Positions 56,761-64,000 of a stretch of 64,000 nucleotides of DNA are shown piece after piece. Position numbers and translations under genes: made by a program. The notes under the pieces are model-generated. The model was not told the origin of the DNA and ran no database searches. It worked only from the letters and a program-made list of their open reading frames with translations. Position 1 is the first letter of the stretch; the number at the start of each line of letters is the position of its first letter. Source of the stretch: an uncultured Planctomycetota bacterium (GTDB taxonomy: Bacteria; Planctomycetota; Planctomycetia; Pirellulales; Lacipirellulaceae); the NCBI GenBank assembly GCA_963719315.1, contig CAVRBU010000002.1, forward strand, positions 1,696,001-1,760,000, written 5' to 3'.

Positions 56761-57200
56761 CCTTGACTCCGCTTCGCTGAATTCCCCAGTTTAAAAACCG
56801 GGAATCCAGCTTACGAAGTCCGCTGCGGTGGGTCCCTTTTCAATGCCGATTCCGCACCCCAGGTGGGTCCCGTTTCAATGCCGATCTCCACCCCGTCGTA
56901 TACTATTATCGTAATCGCAATCGACTTGATGAGAACTCGATCGCTTACGCAACCGGCAGCCCATCGAGTGTTAAGCCTGCCTATTACTGGATCACCTCGT
57001 CTAATACGCTCTACAATCGTTCCTTACGATCCCGGCGAGACTTCCTCTTGCCGTAGTTCCTGCTACACTCGCCAATATCCCCCAAAACTCGGTAAAGACT
57101 GGAATTAGCCATCGATTCCAATTAAGCAGAAACCGCCAAGCGCCATTCGTGTATTCGTTTGACCGTCATAGGCGTCAGCTATTCAGGTGCGAAGCTTTCA

Positions 57201-57845
57201 ATGGATTTCTATAGAAAGTGTTTCCGAATCGCCGTTGTCCTCTGCTGTGCCGCTTGCGGGGGTTGCAGCGGCCGACCTAACGCGATTGCGATAGTCGACA
57301 TCGACCCGACGCGGGTGGCAGCGCAAGCGATTGCAACCAATGACAAGGATGGGGACGGCAAATTGTCGGAGGCAGAATTGCGCTCGATTCCCGGCCTGTT
57401 GAAGTGGAAACAACTTTACGACTTGAATTCTGATGGTTTCGTAACCCAAGACGAAATTTCACAACGGCTCAAAAAGTGGCAGGCTGACAAGGTCGGTTTT
57501 CGTGCATTGAGTGCGAATGTGAAACTGGATGGTCGGCCAATGCCCAATGTTCACGTCGTGTTGACCCCCGAATCGTATTTTGGCGAGGCATTGAAAGTAG
57601 CGTCGGGAACGACGAACGAACGCGGCTACGCGAGCCTGATGGTGGCGGCCGACGATATGCCCGAGGCTATCAAACAACGTGGTATCAAAGTGAGTGGCGT
57701 ATATCCAGGCACTTACAAGATCACGGTGACCCATCCGCAAATGAAACTTCCTGGCGTCGACGTTAAGGGTTTGCCGTTAGGAGATGAAATCGCGCGCGAC
57801 ACAATCGACACGACCGTCGATATCTGGCTCTCGTCGCCTCGATAA
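57201..57845 (+). CDS. lipoprotein with EF-hand pair and carboxypeptidase-regulatory-like domain
   Basis: ACGGC lipobox; DKDGDGKLSEAE, DLNSDGFVTQDE; VKLDGRP, GTTNERG, PGTYKI. Confidence 0.75.
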   Translation: MDFYRKCFRIAVVLCCAACGGCSGRPNAIAIVDIDPTRVAAQAIATNDKDGDGKLSEAELRSIPGLLKWKQLYDLNSDGFVTQDEISQRLKKWQADKVGFRALSANVKLDGRPMPNVHVVLTPESYFGEALKVASGTTNERGYASLMVAADDMPEAIKQRGIKVSGVYPGTYKITVTHPQMKLPGVDVKGLPLGDEIARDTIDTTVDIWLSSPR

Positions 57846-57870
57846 CGCCCAACGCGCAGTGCGCGAGCAG

Positions 57871-58860
57871 CTACTTTGAAACACCGCCATCAATACGGTT
57901 GCCATTGCGGCGGTGGACTTCCGGGTCGATATCGTAGCCGATAAGTTGCACGGAGCCATCGCCGAAGGCCATATGGCAGCCGCCCGGATGAGCGCTGCCA
58001 AAGTGCTGGGGCAGCGGCAAGTGTGGCGTGTCCTGCACGGGCACGCGGTTATCGCCTGTGGTTGGATTGTAAAATGTTGACCGACAAATATCGTCCTGGT
58101 ATCCCGTCCACATCGACCAATCGTCACCGTGGTCCAGTCCAGTATCGTAGTCGTCCGGATTGAGGTAACGCTCGCCAAGGAGATAGGTCTTGCTCAATCC
58201 ATCCGTTATAGCCGCGAGTTTAATAGCTACACCGCAATATGCAGTACCGTTGAAATCCTTTTCGCTTGGCGGCCAACCCACTTTTCCGGTGTCCGCTTCC
58301 GCCAGACTTTTGGGATAGACGGTCTCGCATTGTTGTTCGAGGGCCTCGATGTCTCCCGCGTTAGCCGCATAGTCCGACCTTGCATGCAAAGTTGACTTCC
58401 GACTATTGACGGGCGTATGGTCGCTGCCATTCGGATAAGGAATCGATGCTCTGCGCGTCGGACAATTCAAGTAACTAACTGTCAATGCATCTCGCTGTTG
58501 AAATACAGGCCATTTCTGATTCACCGTGAGCCCGGCCCCCAGGTCGCGAATTTCCTGTTGTTCGATGAAAGGTAGGATGTTGTAAATCCAGCCGCCCGGT
58601 TGTCGGGAGTCGTAGCCGCGATCCGGATCGCCGACCCACGATCCCCACCAGCCGGCGGTGGGAAGTCGCTTGTGTGTGCTCTCGTGCTGAATCATCGCCA
58701 GCGAGAGCTGCTTAAGATTGTTCGAGCATTGAGTGCGGCGAGCCGCTTCGCGGGCTGCTTGAATTGCGGGGAGAAGAAGTGCTACTAAGATACCAATGAT
58801 CGCAATGACAACCAGCAATTCTACAAGCGTAAAGGCTCGTCGTTTGAACAAACGATTCAT
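57871..58860 (-). CDS. DUF1559 prepilin-type N-terminal cleavage/methylation protein
   Basis: [48 protein letters not shown]. Confidence 0.95.
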   Translation of the reverse strand: MNRLFKRRAFTLVELLVVIAIIGILVALLLPAIQAAREAARRTQCSNNLKQLSLAMIQHESTHKRLPTAGWWGSWVGDPDRGYDSRQPGGWIYNILPFIEQQEIRDLGAGLTVNQKWPVFQQRDALTVSYLNCPTRRASIPYPNGSDHTPVNSRKSTLHARSDYAANAGDIEALEQQCETVYPKSLAEADTGKVGWPPSEKDFNGTAYCGVAIKLAAITDGLSKTYLLGERYLNPDDYDTGLDHGDDWSMWTGYQDDICRSTFYNPTTGDNRVPVQDTPHLPLPQHFGSAHPGGCHMAFGDGSVQLIGYDIDPEVHRRNGNRIDGGVSK

Positions 58861-59250
58861 AGCTTGGAGCATTGCACGTTCGGTGTGCAATTTGAACGCG
58901 AATCCGCCAAGGATCACTACTCAATCCTGATCCTTGACCCTACCCGATTGATGCGCAATGTTCCAGCAGTTCTTGCTGTAAGATTCGGAGTATCTAAATC
59001 ACTTCCGCAAAGGAGGCTCTCTCAAAGAGCTATTTGGAACAGCAAGTTAGAGCCTTTGTGATGAAAGATTCCCAGGTTCGAGTCGACAATTGGAAGCATG
59101 CTCAATGAGGGCCCTTACGTGTTTCTGGCGGTTTTTGGTTGACATTCTGACACTGAACCATTATAATTTGGCTTTGCGGTCCGTCTGGTTGGCGGAAGCA
59201 ACATGCGGTCGCCTATTAGCGGAATCGTCGGGATTCCAAAGAGATTGTCA

Positions 59251-60375
59251 ATGCGTTCGGTTCTGGCGGTAAGCGGGCAGCTGGTGGTTTCGCGCATCCT
59301 TCTCGTTGCAGTGTTTCTAGTATCACTAGTCGTCTACTCGTGCGCGGCTGTAACTTCCATAACTCAACACGGTGCTACTGTAAATGCATTCGACTCGATG
59401 ATTTCGAGCACGGATTTGATTCAGGGTAAAATGACGCTCGATACGGATGTGTACGTCAACCCATCCGATAGTTTTGGCCAAGCGTCCTTACCCGGTTGGC
59501 ATACCGTAAATAAGAATCCGGTTGACCAATTGGCCGCCTTCACCGATGGCGCGGGAATGTTGGCGAGCGGACTCACTGGTCTCTTGAACGATAATTTTCC
59601 GGTCGAACAAGCTTCGGGCCGCCCAGCAAAGATAGTTGAGTATCCGTTCGCCACACCGGTAGATATTGGGCGGATCAATATTCTATCGGGCAATCGCAAC
59701 AACGCGGATGGCCGCATTTTTTCGACGACGTACATTGAGTATTCGTCGAACAACGGATTCACGTATCAGCCGCTCGGATACTTTCAATCGGATCCGTCGG
59801 GCACCGTCAATAATGAAGTGACGCCCGTTCCACCGTTGAGTCCGGCGCAGAAATCGACATTTGTCAGCGTATTTGATAGCGCCAACTTAACTATGCTGAG
59901 CGGCGTCACGAACATCATTTTCAATTTCTATTCGGTGGACAATACGGGCGGGCAAATGCGTGATCCGTTTGATGGGGTCAATGCCATTACTAGCATCGAT
60001 GACGGCCTCACGGCCGCCTTTGTTTCGCCACTCATTTTGGAAATCGATGTCCTACCACCCGCGGCCCCCGTGGTGGGCGATTACAACAGCAATGGAATCG
60101 TGGATGCTGCGGATTACGTCGTCTGGCGCGACAGCGTCGGCGCGGAATCGTTGCTGAACCGTGACGTGACCAACGTCGGAGCCGTCGGGAGCGGCGATTA
60201 CGACTCGTGGAGGTCACGGTTTGGAAATACGTCTGGTGCGGGCGTTGGCAGCGCAACGAGCGTTCCAGAACCGGGCGCGATGACCCTGATCTTTGCTCTA
60301 ACATGCGTAGAATTGGCTTGCCGATTTCGTTCGCCATTCGACCAGCGGCGGAAGATTTCCGGCGACATACGCTGA
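59251..60375 (+). CDS. PEP-CTERM protein: shared uncharacterised domain plus dockerin-like domain
   Basis: signal peptide, shared domain, GDYNSNGIVDAADY, VPEP. Confidence 0.82.
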   Translation: MRSVLAVSGQLVVSRILLVAVFLVSLVVYSCAAVTSITQHGATVNAFDSMISSTDLIQGKMTLDTDVYVNPSDSFGQASLPGWHTVNKNPVDQLAAFTDGAGMLASGLTGLLNDNFPVEQASGRPAKIVEYPFATPVDIGRINILSGNRNNADGRIFSTTYIEYSSNNGFTYQPLGYFQSDPSGTVNNEVTPVPPLSPAQKSTFVSVFDSANLTMLSGVTNIIFNFYSVDNTGGQMRDPFDGVNAITSIDDGLTAAFVSPLILEIDVLPPAAPVVGDYNSNGIVDAADYVVWRDSVGAESLLNRDVTNVGAVGSGDYDSWRSRFGNTSGAGVGSATSVPEPGAMTLIFALTCVELACRFRSPFDQRRKISGDIR

Positions 60376-60630
60376 AGTTTTTTCAGCGAGGTGAGGGCAA
60401 ACTTCAAATGCAACAATTTGGAGGCTGATTGTTAGGTCGATTTTTGAGTCTGCTAGCAGTTTGGCTCTGGAATTCTCGGTGAATCCTGGTCATCGATCAA
60501 AAACTACTGGAAAACAAGCATGTTTGGTTTGTCGCAATTGAAGTTTGACATCACCGCGATTAAAAACGACTTGTGATCGAGTTTTTTGCAACTTTGTGAA
60601 CGGCACTACTTTTTCGCGAGGACAGTACCA

Positions 60631-61431
60631 ATGAGAGTGACATTTGCTTTGATGATGCTGATGGCGCTTCCCGTCTCCGCCACGGCCGCAGCGACTTCCA
60701 CTACGCAGCACGGCGCGGGCGGCCACGATTTGGACGGACAAATCGCCATTGGAGACGCGATTTCGGGATTGATCGCTACAGAACTGGCAGGTGACAACGG
60801 CTGGCACGGAGCAACCCCAGCGGAGCCCGAACGACTTCAAGCATTCACAGATGACGCTGGGGCAATTAGCGGCTTGACGGGGTTGCTAAACGACTTTCCT
60901 GGGGTAGGCACGCCCACCAAGCGACTGCAATACGATCTGGCGAGCCCCACTGATATAAAGAGACTTCAACTTCTGACGGGCAACTTTGGTGGCGATGGGC
61001 GCGTGTTTTCGACCGCATTGATTAATTATTCCACCGATAACGGCGCCAACTTCTTGCCGCTCGGTGGATATGTTCCCGGAATTGGCGCAAACTCCTCTGG
61101 CTACTATCAATCGGATGCCTCGGGTGTGATAAACAGCGGCCAATGGCAGTCCACCATGTTGAAGATCTTCGATGATGGTGGTGCCTCACTCGCTACTGGC
61201 GTTACGAACTTAACCGTCGAACTGTACGCTGTGGATAACACGCAAGGAGAGAATCGCGACCCATTCGACGGAATTAATCCGTACACTGGCGTGGACGATA
61301 CATTGACTGCTGCATTTCAGTCGCCATTGGTTTGGGAAATCGACGTGGTTGGCGTCCCGGAACCGGCAACGATGATTCTGTTGGCTGGCGGCCTTGTGGT
61401 TTTGTCGGCTACGCGGCGGCGAAGACCGTAG
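60631..61431 (+). CDS. PEP-CTERM protein consisting of the shared uncharacterised domain
   Basis: signal peptide, shared domain, VPEP+TM+RRRR. Confidence 0.85.
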   Translation: MRVTFALMMLMALPVSATAAATSTTQHGAGGHDLDGQIAIGDAISGLIATELAGDNGWHGATPAEPERLQAFTDDAGAISGLTGLLNDFPGVGTPTKRLQYDLASPTDIKRLQLLTGNFGGDGRVFSTALINYSTDNGANFLPLGGYVPGIGANSSGYYQSDASGVINSGQWQSTMLKIFDDGGASLATGVTNLTVELYAVDNTQGENRDPFDGINPYTGVDDTLTAAFQSPLVWEIDVVGVPEPATMILLAGGLVVLSATRRRRP

Positions 61432-61511
61432 CCATGCCCTGCTGATTCCGAAGCACAGACATAAATCGCATAATGGGCGGCGAGCTGCATGGTTCGCCGT
61501 CCATATTTTGT

Positions 61512-63584
61512 TTATTGCTCGCAACGCTCGGCGCATGCTGGCCGTAGCGAGAAAGCGATTGGCACAGTGAGTATAAGCAACAGCCCGGTGCCGGGCTCCG
61601 GTACGTTAGCAGCCATCGCGCGAACCGCGCCAGAGCCGATCGAAGCGCCAAAATGCGTCCGCCAGCTGTCGAATCCCGCTTGCGTGCCATCCGTTTTGCG
61701 CCACGCCACGTAGTCGGCTGCGTCAACCATTCCATCGCGATTGAGGTCTCCGGGCAGCGAAGCGGAAAGCGCGCCGAACACGTCGATCTCGCGCACCAGT
61801 GGCGATACGTACGCGGCCGTCAGCCCGTCGTCGATGCCGGTGAACGAGTTGACGCCGTCGAACGGATCTCTCATCAGTCCGTTCAAATCGGAGACGGCAA
61901 ACAAATCGAAGCGCAGGTGCCTGACGCCTTCCGCCAGTGAACTGCCGTCATCACGAACAATGCGCACGACCGACGCGCCGTTCGGCCCGTCCGGCGTGCT
62001 CGCGTTATTTTCCGAACTTGATGGATCTGATTGGAAATAGCCCAGCAGGTTGTAGGCAACGCCGTCGCTCGATGTCCACACGGCCGTGGTTGAAAAGATG
62101 CGTCCGTCGTTTCCATTGTTTCCCGTGAAGATGTGGATTTCGCTGATGTCGTGCGCCACACCCAGATCGTAGTCGATAAGCTTTGCCGGCGAGCCGGCCG
62201 GGGGAAAGTCGTTCAGTAAGCCGGTGACGCCCGAACCTAGGTCGCCCACGCCGTCGGTGAACGCCGGCAGACCATTGGGATCGTTGGGGTCATTCGACGC
62301 TGGATTGGCCGAGTGCCAACCGATGTCGCCGGGCAGCACGGTTGGAATTCGACCCTGCAGGATGTCCGAATTGCTGTATGCGAACGCAAGCCCGGCATCG
62401 GTCGCGGCATGTTGGGTCGTGGCAACAATACTTCCGCCGCTATTCACAGCATTTCGCAACACAAATTCATTGTACGAGAGCTTCGGCTGATCCGCACCGT
62501 TCACAATTCCCCAATTGCCGGCGGGCTCATCGGTCCACTGATACCAATAGGTGCTACTTACGTAGTTCCGAGATTCCAGGTAATCGTAAGCAGTCGCCAT
62601 GTTATCGCGTTGCAGTTGCTGGGTATTGCTGCCCACCGTTTGCCAGCCGAACTCCGTAACGGCGACATTCGCGGTGTCGTTGTTGCTTGCCTGCCCGGTG
62701 CGAACGGCATTGAAGTAGTTGGCCAATTGAGACTGCTGAAGTAGCGAGCCTTGACTGATATAAAAGTGGTATCCAAACTCATCCCACGGATAGCGCCGTC
62801 CGAAATCAGTAAACATCCCATTCCAGACGCTGCTTTGATTGTAGACCTGCTGCATGTAATCCATCGCAGTGGAAAAGCTGCCGCCAATGTCGTGTGCCAG
62901 CAGGCCGCCCGTCATAAGCTTTGCGCCTTGGGCCCCGAGTAGATCGGCGGAATCGAGGGCGCGGTACGTTTCCGAAAGCATGCGCGCATAGACACGGGGC
63001 AAGATATACGTGCCGCCCGCATTTTTCGGATCGTTCGCGAAGTTGGGGTTCGTCCAGGCATTCGGCTCGTTCCACAACTCCCACTTTTGGATGGTCGAAC
63101 CGTAGCGACTGACTAGGAACTGTGCTGTGCTGGCATATTGAGACACATACGTATTAAGGCCATCGTTGTCGGGATCGTCGTTCCAGGCTGCCTGCCCGCC
63201 AGCGACCGTTTCATTCGAAAACAGGCCAAGAACTTTTAGTCCCGCGTTGTGCGCATTGGCGATCACTTGATCGTAAACAGCGAGTTGAGTCGCGTTCCAA
63301 GTTGTCGCGCCAGAATCGAGCCGAAAATTCATGCGAATCGCATTGGTGCCCGTAGCGGCGAATTGTTGCGCCTTTTGCGGCGTCAATACAATGCTGCCGT
63401 TCCAAACGGGCGCCCCGGCATTTAACCCATGGAATTCGTCGGCCGTTGCCACTGCCACTGCTAGCCACATCGTTGCCGTCAGTCCGCGCAGCAAACAAGT
63501 CCCACTGCGTATCGCTTGTTTGCCACTCATAGCATCGATCTTGATAATTCCAAAGTATGATTTGTGTGATGTCAATTCTATCAA
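61512..63584 (-). CDS. clan GH-A glycoside hydrolase with shared domain, dockerin-like domain and PEP-CTERM (start uncertain)
   Basis: WELWNEPN acid/base, YHFY, VTEFGW nucleophile; GDLNRDGMVDAADY; VPEP. Confidence 0.85.
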   Translation of the reverse strand: MIELTSHKSYFGIIKIDAMSGKQAIRSGTCLLRGLTATMWLAVAVATADEFHGLNAGAPVWNGSIVLTPQKAQQFAATGTNAIRMNFRLDSGATTWNATQLAVYDQVIANAHNAGLKVLGLFSNETVAGGQAAWNDDPDNDGLNTYVSQYASTAQFLVSRYGSTIQKWELWNEPNAWTNPNFANDPKNAGGTYILPRVYARMLSETYRALDSADLLGAQGAKLMTGGLLAHDIGGSFSTAMDYMQQVYNQSSVWNGMFTDFGRRYPWDEFGYHFYISQGSLLQQSQLANYFNAVRTGQASNNDTANVAVTEFGWQTVGSNTQQLQRDNMATAYDYLESRNYVSSTYWYQWTDEPAGNWGIVNGADQPKLSYNEFVLRNAVNSGGSIVATTQHAATDAGLAFAYSNSDILQGRIPTVLPGDIGWHSANPASNDPNDPNGLPAFTDGVGDLGSGVTGLLNDFPPAGSPAKLIDYDLGVAHDISEIHIFTGNNGNDGRIFSTTAVWTSSDGVAYNLLGYFQSDPSSSENNASTPDGPNGASVVRIVRDDGSSLAEGVRHLRFDLFAVSDLNGLMRDPFDGVNSFTGIDDGLTAAYVSPLVREIDVFGALSASLPGDLNRDGMVDAADYVAWRKTDGTQAGFDSWRTHFGASIGSGAVRAMAANVPEPGTGLLLILTVPIAFSLRPACAERCEQ

Positions 63585-64000
63585 ATGGTGAGCCCTGGGT
63601 GTCTGCTATGCAATCGTAATTACAAGAGTGCGACCGGAGATTACAGAATCAGCGGGGATCCAGAGGATTGCGACCGCAAAGGGCAATGGTGCCGCTGATA
63701 GCGCGGTATCCCGGAGTTTCTTAAGGCATGACCGCCAATGGTAACTACAACTACCATATCGCCTACTGGGTAGCCGGCGTTGCTGTGCACTCTTTAGTCG
63801 CAACTCGCGTTACGGCGTCGAGCTATAAAGAAGTCCGGCCAACTTATTAGCGCATAAGCCTGATTAACAAGCTAGTAAGCCATTCTGGTCGGCCATCTCC
63901 AGTGGGAGCGGCACAAACCGGGGACTCAGCGCCCCGCGGCTGATGCGCCCAACCCCAATTTTTAGCTGTGACAAAGCACTAGCAGAGTTTTTCGTGCTTG

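Larger units (their letters stand above)
54287..56890 (-). mobile_element. IS21-family element with 6-bp target-site duplication CCCCGT
   Basis: TG...CA ends; IR TGGAGATCGGCATTGAAA / TTTCAATGCCGATCTCCA with internal GGTGGG(T/C)CC repeats; CCCCGT at 54281 and 56891. Confidence 0.95.

Overview
This is a GC-rich Planctomycete chromosome window. The PEP-CTERM/dockerin proteins, DUF1559, an LEPR-xLL-type signal and a zinc-ribbon SpoVG point to Pirellulales/Lacipirellulaceae. Bases 1-43.3 kb are mostly core genes: ispE-spoVG, csrA, ftsH, dxr-rseP, rsmG, prpD, rpoN-ybaB-dnaX-ffs(SRP), mntR, citG-like/PTPS, fliG, mutS, leuS, glgC, a PLP decarboxylase, lnt and an ABC-F. This part carries many GTAG-type REP palindromes and 7-bp-unit hairpin repeats, three of which sit in-frame inside proteins. 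From a tRNA-3'-end-like att scar at about 43.37 kb to the end is an accessory region. It holds an internally deleted IS630, a near-intact IS630, an IS21 with a 6-bp target duplication, secreted hydrolases and a DUF1559/PEP-CTERM glycan locus in which three adjacent proteins share an unrecognised ~200-aa domain. About ten genes, several essential, are split by small indels that mostly fall at GCGC, which is most likely systematic long-read error rather than pseudogenisation. Best leads: the shared PEP-CTERM domain locus, the in-frame palindrome insertions, an A9 tau/gamma slippage site in dnaX, and an unannotated 45-aa highly basic protein with its own promoter and RBS. Family assignments come from motif recognition only; no searches were run.
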